IMG/VR virus record: IMGVR_UViG_3300042566_001761
Location: 1 to 38,057 of that record
Origin: a virus
Lineage: Duplodnaviria; Caudoviricetes
Direction: 5' to 3' (one strand)
Length of the DNA: 38,057 bases
Numbering within the stretch: the stretch's first letter is position 1; the number at the start of each line of letters is the position of its first letter. The position numbers and the translations under genes were made by a program. Shown here one piece after another: positions 27,507 through 36,924 of the stretch. The notes under the pieces were generated by a model, which was given only the letters and a program-made list of their open reading frames with translations, searched no databases and was not told the DNA's origin.

Positions 27507-29635
27507 TATCGTATTCTATCTATTTTAAAGTCCAAGTTCAATGAATCCGTACAAATTATTTCAAACATAGGACGATTATCGCTGGACCAGCCGTAATCAG
27601 TTAACATTCCTATTTTTGTATTGTATGCTTGAGTTACATTTGAAAAATCTAAATTTGTAGATCTAGCTAATGCATCTGTTGCAAGTGTAATTGTATAGCC
27701 ATTTAGGATAACTGGGTCAGCAAATACTAAACGTAAAACCTGACCCTTTTTCCATTGGGTTAGAGTATCATTGATTTTAAGTACAATGTTACCAGTAAGA
27801 GTATGTGAATTTCCTGACTTTTCGTGTCTATAATAGTTGGTAAATGGTACCAATGGTATTGATGATGCTAAAGAAATATCAAATAGCGGAGTGATCTCAA
27901 AATTATAATCAGGAGTTTCGTTGTTAATAGTTATTTGGTTATTAACTGTTCTGCTAACGCCTATGCCTTTTCCGCTTTTTACAACATCAGTATTATATGC
28001 AACTTCTAGTGAAGTTTTACCATTTACAAAATTTGTAAGTTGACCCTCAACATTTGTTATTTTCTCAACAACGTTTTTAGTATTTAAGAATAGGGCACTA
28101 TTTGCAAGCAAAGCTTTTTCTAAACTTGAAAGTCTTGTTTCAATGTCTGATGTTTTGCTTGTAGTAAGTAGGCTGGCTTTAACCTTTTCCCAATCGTTTT
28201 GTAATTTAGTAAGTTCACTAATTTTTGCCTCTTGACTAATTGCAACTGTTTGAAATCTATTCATTAAGTCTACAAATAGGTCTAGACTAAATCCAGCGTT
28301 TGCGTTAATATTTTTAACAGGCTGAACTGCAACATCTTCGATTGAAGTATCAAACTTAACATTTAATTTAAATGCATATGAGTTTCCATTAATTTTACTT
28401 AATGGATCTGGTTTGTATTTAGTTAGTCTTGGAATTTCAAATTCAAGACCATTTGATTGGATCTTATTTAGGAATAGGACACCATATAAATTTTTGGCTT
28501 TTAGTACTTTTGTTACTGGATCAATTACATCATAATAAACTAAAACTGTGTTGAAGTCAAAGTTTTTATTTTGAACGTTAATATCATTAAGTCCGGAAAA
28601 AGACGTTTTTGCATTTTGTGTTGCAACTAGATATTGATTAATATTAAAATTAACACATACTCCATCTAGAGTCGATCTAGTATAGTTAATTGTAGTAGTT
28701 GTACCACCGGCAGTTTTACTCTTTTTAATCTTTTTATTTACTGCTATATTATATTTCCAAGAAGTAGATGGTGCATCATAGGTTCCGTCTGTATAATATG
28801 AATTATTAAGAGTTCCTTGAAACCAATTTTGCGCAGTATATGTACTTCCAGCATACGCGGCTTGTTCTAATAAAACAGTTGAATCATCTAAATCATAAAA
28901 TGCGTTTAAACTTAATCCTTGTGGGTGAACCTCACTATATCGACGGCCTACAATAGTTTCTCTATCTTCTGGCAATTCTGGACTATGCGTAATAGTCATA
29001 TTTGGTTTATAGTTAGAGTCTGCTATTGAATCAAACATAATATATGGAGTAGATCCAACATTATTTGGGACATGTAGATATAATTCACTATATGAGTTTT
29101 CCTTTCCTTTATATGAATTAACAATATCAATTTCTCCAATATATTGGACAACCTTAGTATACGATGAGCCCACGGCTTCGTCTTCTTCTACAAATTTAGT
29201 AGAAGCAGATGTTTCAAGAGAATTTGCGGCTCTCCAACGAATTGCACCAGATTCCTTTAACCATTTCCAAAAAACTCTTTCTGATACGTTAAGTGGAAGC
29301 TCTCGGTTATATGAATCCTGAGAAATTAAAAGAGCTTCTAAGTTTAGTGCATAGTTTTGGAAACTTTGGGCTAAATTATAATTTTGGTTGCTTTGATTAT
29401 AAAGACCCGGATCGGTCATAAGAGTTTCACCTTGAGCTTTAAAAAATAGCTTATTATCTGAAGGAGTTCCATCTGGAGTTCCGACATTAGGTAAATTTAA
29501 AAGCACAAAATTAGAAAACTTAAACTGGTTACCACTGTTATTAAATGATAAAGTTAAGTCCTCTAATGAACTTTGAAAGGTGTAAAATATACCCTTTCTA
29601 GTTGTAATAGGTTTTATAATAGGAGCAACTGCCAT
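27506..29635 (-). CDS. Virion structural protein (709 aa)
   Basis: Long ORF in the late operon; coiled-coil segment (QEAKISELTKLQNDWEKVK...IETRLSSLEKAL) followed by a beta-rich C-terminus. No family recognised. Confidence 0.6.
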   Translation of the reverse strand: MAVAPIIKPITTRKGIFYTFQSSLEDLTLSFNNSGNQFKFSNFVLLNLPNVGTPDGTPSDNKLFFKAQGETLMTDPGLYNQSNQNYNLAQSFQNYALNLEALLISQDSYNRELPLNVSERVFWKWLKESGAIRWRAANSLETSASTKFVEEDEAVGSSYTKVVQYIGEIDIVNSYKGKENSYSELYLHVPNNVGSTPYIMFDSIADSNYKPNMTITHSPELPEDRETIVGRRYSEVHPQGLSLNAFYDLDDSTVLLEQAAYAGSTYTAQNWFQGTLNNSYYTDGTYDAPSTSWKYNIAVNKKIKKSKTAGGTTTTINYTRSTLDGVCVNFNINQYLVATQNAKTSFSGLNDINVQNKNFDFNTVLVYYDVIDPVTKVLKAKNLYGVLFLNKIQSNGLEFEIPRLTKYKPDPLSKINGNSYAFKLNVKFDTSIEDVAVQPVKNINANAGFSLDLFVDLMNRFQTVAISQEAKISELTKLQNDWEKVKASLLTTSKTSDIETRLSSLEKALLANSALFLNTKNVVEKITNVEGQLTNFVNGKTSLEVAYNTDVVKSGKGIGVSRTVNNQITINNETPDYNFEITPLFDISLASSIPLVPFTNYYRHEKSGNSHTLTGNIVLKINDTLTQWKKGQVLRLVFADPVILNGYTITLATDALARSTNLDFSNVTQAYNTKIGMLTDYGWSSDNRPMFEIICTDSLNLDFKIDRIR

Positions 29636-29656
29636 TTTGCGCTCAGGATTTTATTT

Positions 29657-30679
29657 TTAAATGTTATAAATTGCGTTTGAATCGCGAGTTACAACAAGTC
29701 TTTGTTGATTTGCACCCCAACTAGATGGAAGGTTTGCGCTGTTTTTAACAGTACCTACATTCATTAAGGTTACAGAAGAATTAAATAGGTTTGTTGTTAA
29801 ACCAACTGCCCATTGCGATGCTAAGGTAGTATGAGTTGAATCTAAACCAACTGCATCTTGGTCCATAATCGCAAAGTTTTGTCCAATAATTCTAATTTTA
29901 TGAGTTGCTGAGTTTGCCGCAGCAAATGTTTCATAGGCTCCGCTGATATGGGTCGTTGTGCCCAACTCTGTATTGGTAATTGCACGTACCATAATTGTAA
30001 ATTCTTGACCAGGTCTTATTGGAGAGTTTGTATCATTTATTAGAACAATATCAATACCATCGGTAATCGTGCTTTGGAAAGCATTTCCAATATAGAATGC
30101 GCTTGCGTCTAATGTTAATATAATTAAGGATTTACTTGTTGCAGTTAGAGTAACTTCGGCTTTTGCACGGTTTGCACCAGATACCGCGGTTAGAGTTTTT
30201 GTAACATCTTCACGGCTATTTGAAAAACTTCCTGTAATATTAACCGAACCTGCTAGGTTAGCCTGTCCATTTGCAGTAATTGCTCCAGTAAAAGTAGATA
30301 ATCCAGAAATACTAAGGCCTGCTGACGTAATTGAAGAATTGACAACCAGTGTTCCAGTTGTAATCTTACCTACGGTAGCACTGTTAACAGTTTCTGTTTC
30401 AAATTTAATTAAATCTGCAGTACCGGTTGCATTTTTAAAGTACAATTGACCATTTTGGATAGTCAACACCTTTGTTTTTAACTCAGTTAATGGAGTTAGA
30501 GTTGTGTCTGGGTCAACTCCGATCTTTTTATCAGAAAGATCAATTTTTAAATTGTTGATTAGATCTTCTAGTTTACTCTTAAGTAATCCGGTATTACCGT
30601 TAGTAATAATACGCATATCTGAAACATACGTAGTTTCTAGAATTTCTGTTGTTGATAGTGATAGTGCAACAAAAGCCAT
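29657..30679 (-). CDS. Short fibre/spike-like structural protein (340 aa)
   Basis: N-terminal helix with an NxN motif; triple-beta-helix-like stretch GTLVVNSSITSAGLSISGLSTFTGAITANGQANLAGSVNITG. Confidence 0.6.
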   Translation of the reverse strand: MAFVALSLSTTEILETTYVSDMRIITNGNTGLLKSKLEDLINNLKIDLSDKKIGVDPDTTLTPLTELKTKVLTIQNGQLYFKNATGTADLIKFETETVNSATVGKITTGTLVVNSSITSAGLSISGLSTFTGAITANGQANLAGSVNITGSFSNSREDVTKTLTAVSGANRAKAEVTLTATSKSLIILTLDASAFYIGNAFQSTITDGIDIVLINDTNSPIRPGQEFTIMVRAITNTELGTTTHISGAYETFAAANSATHKIRIIGQNFAIMDQDAVGLDSTHTTLASQWAVGLTTNLFNSSVTLMNVGTVKNSANLPSSWGANQQRLVVTRDSNAIYNI

Positions 30680-30692
30680 TTGTTTTTTCTAT

Positions 30693-30708
30693 TTTTTGTT
30701 ATTTATTA
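30693..30708 (-). promoter_or_regulatory. Extended late promoter TAATAAATAACAAAAA
   Basis: Exact 16-mer shared with two other gaps; core box 20 nt upstream of the ATG at 30679. Confidence 0.75.
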
Positions 30709-30772
30709 GTAGAGTGTTACCTCACAAATAAAGGACGACTAGCCTTCTTGTACTTAAAAAATAGAAACTGGC

Positions 30773-31597
30773 TTAAGGATTACTTAAATTTATTGCAGAG
30801 CCGTCGTTTCGATTAATTATCGTACCATCTGACAAGATTTCGTAGTCATCAAAGTTAATATCTATCATTTGAGAGTCGGCATTTAGCGTATTTTTTGCTA
30901 AACTTGATGTGATTTCTCTTGAATTTAAACTTTGCTCAATATAATCTATGTATGAGTCCTTTGACATTACCTTTACAAATTGGCTTGACGGTAGCGGGTG
31001 TTCATTACCCCAAAGATCAATGACTGTTCCAGATATTTCATATTCACCAACTTTGTCAAATCTCCAAATAAAGGTCCAACCTGCTTCAACCTCAATCAGG
31101 GTTTTCGGAGCAGACCCTGATGTAATATCAGTTAGCTTCCAAAACACTTTATCCTTTCCCATAACTTCTCTAGCTGAGATAAACACCGGTAGATGGGCTG
31201 GAACAGTTAAACGGTCAGTTGCTATCTTTAATTCTGATACATCTAGGGAATTTCTGGTAAAAAATGATGGAATAAATCCAACTTGTTTTCCATCTTTATA
31301 TGAAATAAAACCTCGGTTTTTCCAATATTCTGGCTCAGAAACTTTTCTAGTTACTTCAACTCCATTTTCAATAAATTTTCTACCATATATTTGATCATTC
31401 AGTGGTGCATATACCATAAGATTCTCAACATCAAACTCCGGAATAACTCCATATAATTTTAGTTGCTCAAGGTTTGCCATTTGCTCCTTTGAATAGGTTT
31501 CAATCGGTTCATAGTATGAATACTTATTCGCAGAGGTAAATGTTACGTTTGCGCTAGGTAATCCAATTGTAGATATGTTAACATAAGTTATCGGCAT
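30773..31597 (-). CDS. PKD/Ig-like domain structural protein (274 aa)
   Basis: WKL...FIWRFDKVGEYEISGTVIDLWGN is PKD-like; start overlaps the upstream stop (TAATG). Confidence 0.6.
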   Translation of the reverse strand: MPITYVNISTIGLPSANVTFTSANKYSYYEPIETYSKEQMANLEQLKLYGVIPEFDVENLMVYAPLNDQIYGRKFIENGVEVTRKVSEPEYWKNRGFISYKDGKQVGFIPSFFTRNSLDVSELKIATDRLTVPAHLPVFISAREVMGKDKVFWKLTDITSGSAPKTLIEVEAGWTFIWRFDKVGEYEISGTVIDLWGNEHPLPSSQFVKVMSKDSYIDYIEQSLNSREITSSLAKNTLNADSQMIDINFDDYEILSDGTIINRNDGSAINLSNP

Positions 31598-34362
31598 TAA
31601 TTATGATCAATTTTTAATTTAGCGGATCTTACTCCAATACCAGCTGGCTGAACTCTAAGTTTAACACTATATGTATTTCCAGGAGTAATTGTAATATTAT
31701 TAATAATTGAGACAACACTTTCATTTTGACCTGATCCAAGAACTAATTTAAATTCGTCTGCATCTTGATCTATTGATATTGAAGCAATTTCAAGGGTTGT
31801 ACTAGTTGAGGTATTTGTAATTGGAACAGTTAAATCTCTATTTGCACCAACTTCTGTTGAATTAAATACAATTACCTCATTTGCTGTACCTACATTAAAG
31901 CTTGGTGCACTAACCAATACTGAGACATTAATCGTATTAGAAACAACGGAACTTGGGCCTTTTACCCTAATCGAGAAAAGATCGGTTCCTGTATAGTTTA
32001 AAGTTGGAATATATCGAATTCCATAATTTAAAATGGATAAGGTTCCCTGGCTAGGCTGAGTAATTACCTCAAACCCATTAAATGAAGATCCATTTAAGTT
32101 AACATAAGGTAATGTATTAATGTCAATATAGGTATTTCTTCCTGATATTTGCTGAGGAATTTGCGATAAGATTGGTGAAGCCGGCTGCACAGTTAAAGTT
32201 GCGGTAACACTTGATGTTTGAGCAGTTGGCGCATTATCGTTAACTACAGTTGCCGTAATGGTATATGTACCATTTTGCACATTTGTATATGTGACTGGGC
32301 TATTTGCGGCGCCTGTTCCTAATGGTGAACTAATTGTATAGCTTTTAGCATATTGAGTAGATACTCCAATCGTTACGTTGCTTCCACTAGTTATAGGAGC
32401 GGTAAATATTCCAGGATTACTGAAGGAAACCGTTGGAAATGGCGCAAGTACCTCTACTTGAAATTGTTTAGAAAAACTATTTGATAATGAAGTATTCTTA
32501 AATGGTGACGTATAATTAACAGTTAGGGTAGGGGTAATAAGTTCATATGCTGGATTTATTCCCCAAAGAGCAGTAAATGATCGAGTTGAATTATTTACAG
32601 AAATTACTGGAATAATAGTTGATCCAGTTTGAGTTACCGTAATACCGTATAGGGCATCTTCAGAAAATTCTGGAATCCACTCTGGGTAGACTGAATTGAC
32701 TCCAACTTGAATTGTTCCTGAAATACCTTGTCTTAGTACTTGATTTGCAATATAAGTATCACTAATTGGTTCTCCTACTACAACTTCTCTATATACTTGA
32801 AATCCAGTTGAATCGTTAAATGCGCCCTTAATACTAAATCTATAATAGCCAGGTACCCTTGGTCTAAATGATACTGAAGTTAATCCCTGGCCGTATTGAT
32901 AATATGAAAATCCTGGAATTTCTGGTAAAGAATTTAAGTCAGTACTTGAGTTTACATCTGCAATATTTTGCCAATCAGTTTCACTTGGGCTGGTTTTTTG
33001 TTGAATTGACCAAATAAGAGAAGTTTGATTTACTTGTTGTAAAGTTGCAGAAATCTTATAAACTCCTGGAATAGGATCTTCTGGTGATTGGTCAATAATT
33101 GAAACATACGATCTATTTTGGTTTGCAGTTGGTGTCGTAATATACGAATATGACTGAGACGTTCCGGCGCTTCCAGGTATGGCCTCAGATGCGATACTTA
33201 GAGAGGCTAAGTTTTGGCCTTGTGGAACATCACTAGTTGTAAAAGTTACAAAATTTGAATATAAGTATGAATTGTCTGATCCTTGTAAGTATGATCTTAG
33301 ATAGTATGGTCTGTTTGGAGTTAACCCTGGAATTTGAGTAACCAAATTAGATGGGCTAATGCTTGAATTAAATGCGCCCGATTCAAATCTAACTACTCCA
33401 GGCTGCCCTACTTCTAAGTTTGTGGAATTATCTAGTTTGTAGATAACTCCATACCTAACGTAAACATCGCCTCCACTATTAGTAAAGGTTGAGGTACTGG
33501 TTGCGCTGGTTTGTGTAATAGCGCTTATAGTTGGGGTAGTAATTGTACTTGCGCCAACCGTACTAAAACTTCCAGTAGGTGATGTCCCTACTCCAGTTGA
33601 ATTATTTGCGAATGCTGTTAAAGTATACGCTGAACCTGCAAGTAATCCATTAAATTGCACAGATATTCCAAGCGAAAAATCAGTAAGAGTTTGGACTCCA
33701 ACTTCGGTACCGTTTTTAAATAATTTAAATTGAACACTAGTTACAGTACTGCCACCATTATTTGAAATTGTTGTTGTTGCAATTACTGAGGTTGCTGTAA
33801 TTGAACTAAAGGTCGGCGTTGTTAGCGTTGCAACCGTACCAGTTTGCGGTGGAGTACATGCTCGATATCGAACCGTTTCTCCTATACACTCTCCGCCATT
33901 TGAGGCCGGTGTAACAACATATCGAGTTTGCTGCTCCTGATACGATCCATTAATTAGTCGACATGGGCCCCAATCTCCAACGACAAAGGATTGTTGAGTT
34001 TCGCCATAACCCCAATCGCTTAATACGCAATTGACTGGGCTTCCTCCAACTATACAATCGCTATGGTCAAAACATGAACTAAATCCACCAGAAATAGTTA
34101 TTCCATATGGTCCAGGATCAAAAACATAATCACCATATACCCTAATTAAAGGCTGCGAGGTTGAACATACGGCTAATGTTATAATTGACCCATTATAACT
34201 TTGGAACCAATTTGAAGCCTGCACAATGGTAGACTGCCCAGATGAAAAATCAGTATATTGAAAATCTACTGCATTAATTGGAGTTTGATTAGTATCAATA
34301 TCAATTTGATAACAAAATGGACTTCCTTCTATATTTTCCGGTTGGTCTATAAATGCTGGCAT
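31597..34362 (-). CDS. Mosaic adhesin-like virion protein: Cys-containing N-domain, TSP1/spondin-like repeat, 2x FN3, Ig-like, Big_9/cadherin-like and ASH/choice-of-anchor-D-like domains (921 aa)
   Basis: PVNCVLSDW...WGPC...QTRYVVTPASNGGEC...YRAC; GLLAGSAYTLTAFANNSTG and GLTPNRPYYLRSY (FN3); TQPSQGTL...YIPTLNYTGTDLFSIRV; FNSTEVG...ITNT...LEIASISI...ITPG...VRSAKLKIDHN. Confidence 0.75.
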   Translation of the reverse strand: MPAFIDQPENIEGSPFCYQIDIDTNQTPINAVDFQYTDFSSGQSTIVQASNWFQSYNGSIITLAVCSTSQPLIRVYGDYVFDPGPYGITISGGFSSCFDHSDCIVGGSPVNCVLSDWGYGETQQSFVVGDWGPCRLINGSYQEQQTRYVVTPASNGGECIGETVRYRACTPPQTGTVATLTTPTFSSITATSVIATTTISNNGGSTVTSVQFKLFKNGTEVGVQTLTDFSLGISVQFNGLLAGSAYTLTAFANNSTGVGTSPTGSFSTVGASTITTPTISAITQTSATSTSTFTNSGGDVYVRYGVIYKLDNSTNLEVGQPGVVRFESGAFNSSISPSNLVTQIPGLTPNRPYYLRSYLQGSDNSYLYSNFVTFTTSDVPQGQNLASLSIASEAIPGSAGTSQSYSYITTPTANQNRSYVSIIDQSPEDPIPGVYKISATLQQVNQTSLIWSIQQKTSPSETDWQNIADVNSSTDLNSLPEIPGFSYYQYGQGLTSVSFRPRVPGYYRFSIKGAFNDSTGFQVYREVVVGEPISDTYIANQVLRQGISGTIQVGVNSVYPEWIPEFSEDALYGITVTQTGSTIIPVISVNNSTRSFTALWGINPAYELITPTLTVNYTSPFKNTSLSNSFSKQFQVEVLAPFPTVSFSNPGIFTAPITSGSNVTIGVSTQYAKSYTISSPLGTGAANSPVTYTNVQNGTYTITATVVNDNAPTAQTSSVTATLTVQPASPILSQIPQQISGRNTYIDINTLPYVNLNGSSFNGFEVITQPSQGTLSILNYGIRYIPTLNYTGTDLFSIRVKGPSSVVSNTINVSVLVSAPSFNVGTANEVIVFNSTEVGANRDLTVPITNTSTSTTLEIASISIDQDADEFKLVLGSGQNESVVSIINNITITPGNTYSVKLRVQPAGIGVRSAKLKIDHN

Positions 34363-34363
34363 A

Positions 34364-36886
34364 TTAGTTTGGAGTTACTTTTACGGTAAAGTTATTTGTA
34401 TTTGAACTTTCCTTAGCAGTTGCATATACTTTATTATTTACAACTTTATATCTAAATTTAGAAATAGCACTATGTGTTGATGCATTTAATTGAGTAATTA
34501 AATTATCGATTGTCGAATAAGTTGGAACTGTATATGGATCGTGTAATCCTAGTCGTATTTTATGACCGATTGTTGGTGCATCAATTGAAAATCCTTGTAA
34601 AAAATCTGATTGATATGATAATTGATAGAATTTAGTATGGAAAAGGTCACCTATTCTTGCATTAGAAATATCGCTTACTCTAGGTTTAACTGAATTTTCT
34701 CCAAGTCCCCAAGAATACGCATAGTCTGAAACTAGAGTTGGATCACTAACTAATTTAAATTCACCACTTAGCTTATCCTTTATTTTAGCTTGAGTTGGTG
34801 CAGTATTATTACTAAAATTATTTGAATAGTACGCCCAATCAAATAATTCTTTTTCTAAATCAATCGATCCTATTTTTTGAGTGAATGATGGAATAGTTAC
34901 ATTTGGATTAAACATATAACTGCCTCCCATATCTCCAACTGTAACATTAGTTAAGTCTTTAAACTGATATGAAAATTTGTCTGAAGTTCTAGTAAATCCA
35001 ACTGTAGTTGCAACGGTTGGTTTAACTGTAAATTTAATAAAATCGACTGAAATTCCAGCAAATTGATCGTATACTCTTAATTCAATTAAATAGTCTCCAA
35101 CGTATGGTAAAAAGTGTACAATTCGGTTAAAGTCATAAATTGTTCCACGGAAACTCCATTTGTATTGGTTTGGTGCATTTTTAGTTATAGTCCATTCAGC
35201 ATCAACTAGGTTTAAATATGTGCTAATGTCCCGAACCCTAGCGCCCTCTGTTTCTAGATCGCCAAAGGTAATACCGTCATACTCTGATATTCTATATTTA
35301 GGAAGTTCTGCTTTAAGGATAATCGGGCAACCTAATTGTTCTTTAACATTAACTTCGCCGTTTGCCCAATAGTATGATGATCCATGGCGTTTCCATTCTT
35401 CGGCTTGGACTTGTTGATAAAATACTTCAGTTGCTTTAATTAAAGCTTTTTGCTGAGCTGCTGAATATCTTTGCCCATCGCTGTATGGATTAGCTATTGC
35501 TGAAAATGTTCCAGCTGAATCCTTTCCAGTATTAAATGAATATTTTGGAAAGTTATTTAAAATTTTAGCTGGATTTGCTGAATCGGCTTCCGCTGAATAG
35601 TAAATAGGTCTAATATCTCTGATATATGGAACTGCAATTGTTGAGCTAGGTAATTCAATAGAAGCTTTTACTTTAGTATTTACGTCTATACTTCTAGTTT
35701 GAACGTCATCTGTCCAATAACGAATATTGAATTTTTCAAAAAATATAAATTCTCCAATAATATCACGTACAATTACATGTATTGGTAAGATTTCTCTTTT
35801 TATCTTTTTGGCTAATCCATCTAATTTATAGAAAATTTCAGCTGGTGTAAAATCAGTAGTTTCAATCACTTCAGGTAAGCCGTCATCATCGTAATTATTG
35901 CTAGCTTTGGTAAATTGATAACAAAGAGCAATAAATGAAGTCTTTTTAAATTGAGCAGACTCTAATACGGCGCCTCCGTTTGAAACATAAACCATATTAT
36001 CAATTTTGCCATCATCTAAAAAATCTGTAATGTTAACTAGCGCGAATTGATCAAGCGCAGCTGATGAATTGTTAACGTTTTGCCAAAACTCTTTAACGTC
36101 TAGTGTATCTTTATAACCAAATAAATTTATAAAATTACTTAAACCTTTATAGGTTCCAACATATGGGAAAACCTGATCGCGATTAACTAAAAGCTCTTTT
36201 CTGGCTTGGTCAATTTGTTGCCAATCGGGTAGAGCCTCTTTAATATCATAATCCTTTAATAGTTGTGCGTCGTCTCGATGGAAAGAAATTCCAAAATTAT
36301 TTAGCCATAGTCTATATCTAGAATCCTCGTCTAGACCCTCTCCATAATAATCTATTTCTAAAATCTTAACAGATGATGAAACTGTATTACCGGATAAAAT
36401 TTCGTGATATGCCAATAACTTACGTTGATAAATCTTTTCCTCAGCTGGAGAAAAGGCAATATTTACCTGTAATGGAAGGTTGATATCTAATGGAGAACTA
36501 GAACCATTTGAAAAATCAGAATGATTAAGGGTTACTTGGTTTACCCTTTCAATATAAGGTAACTCGGTAACGCTATTTCCGGTGATATCTTGTTTAACTA
36601 CATATAAAAAGAAGGGCTGCACTCCGTCTAAATCAAGAGTTTCCCATTTAAACACAATTCTTTCGTTTTGAGCTAATATTGGAAACTTATAATTAGTAGA
36701 GTCTTTTTCGACTGCAAAAATTTGTCGGCTATCATATAACCCAATTGAAATTGGACTAATATACTCTCGGCCATACCACCAGGTGATAGCATCTGACTTT
36801 TGAGTCTCAGAATTAAACTTAGTGGTCTGAAAGTTATAGTTTTCACCAAACTTATCAAAAAATATGAGATTAGAAAGTTGCATCAA
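34364..36886 (-). CDS. Baseplate wedge-like structural protein (840 aa; ATG at 36883 is the likelier start)
   Basis: FPYVGTYKGLSNFINLFGY and KREILPIHV resemble the KGT...G / lPah signature of P2 gpI / T4 gp7-type wedge proteins; PKD-like VGDYLIELRVYD. Confidence 0.55.
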   Translation of the reverse strand: MMQLSNLIFFDKFGENYNFQTTKFNSETQKSDAITWWYGREYISPISIGLYDSRQIFAVEKDSTNYKFPILAQNERIVFKWETLDLDGVQPFFLYVVKQDITGNSVTELPYIERVNQVTLNHSDFSNGSSSPLDINLPLQVNIAFSPAEEKIYQRKLLAYHEILSGNTVSSSVKILEIDYYGEGLDEDSRYRLWLNNFGISFHRDDAQLLKDYDIKEALPDWQQIDQARKELLVNRDQVFPYVGTYKGLSNFINLFGYKDTLDVKEFWQNVNNSSAALDQFALVNITDFLDDGKIDNMVYVSNGGAVLESAQFKKTSFIALCYQFTKASNNYDDDGLPEVIETTDFTPAEIFYKLDGLAKKIKREILPIHVIVRDIIGEFIFFEKFNIRYWTDDVQTRSIDVNTKVKASIELPSSTIAVPYIRDIRPIYYSAEADSANPAKILNNFPKYSFNTGKDSAGTFSAIANPYSDGQRYSAAQQKALIKATEVFYQQVQAEEWKRHGSSYYWANGEVNVKEQLGCPIILKAELPKYRISEYDGITFGDLETEGARVRDISTYLNLVDAEWTITKNAPNQYKWSFRGTIYDFNRIVHFLPYVGDYLIELRVYDQFAGISVDFIKFTVKPTVATTVGFTRTSDKFSYQFKDLTNVTVGDMGGSYMFNPNVTIPSFTQKIGSIDLEKELFDWAYYSNNFSNNTAPTQAKIKDKLSGEFKLVSDPTLVSDYAYSWGLGENSVKPRVSDISNARIGDLFHTKFYQLSYQSDFLQGFSIDAPTIGHKIRLGLHDPYTVPTYSTIDNLITQLNASTHSAISKFRYKVVNNKVYATAKESSNTNNFTVKVTPN

Positions 36887-36892
36887 CTTGGC

Positions 36893-36921
36893 TTTTTGTT
36901 ATTTATTAGCCAGGAATTGGC
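36893..36921 (-). promoter_or_regulatory. Extended late promoter TAATAAATAACAAAAA with upstream palindrome GCCAATTCCTGGC
   Basis: Directly after the sigma-factor stop; heads the structural operon. Confidence 0.75.
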
Positions 36922-36924
36922 AAG

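Noticed and set aside
30709-30772. Small RNA or terminator in the 93-nt gap
   Set aside because: Only 3-4-bp stems (AAGG/CCTT, GAG/CTC); too weak to call.
31597-31610. Terminal His-Asn suggesting an intein end
   Set aside because: Followed by a stop rather than C/S/T, and no intein blocks upstream; fits an Ig-like domain strand.
6138-36858. Remaining short ORFs in the track (e.g. 6138, 8559, 9372, 13656, 16285, 19653, 30948, 35160, 36673)
   Set aside because: All overlap long minus-strand genes almost entirely, lack promoter boxes and show antisense/off-frame composition.
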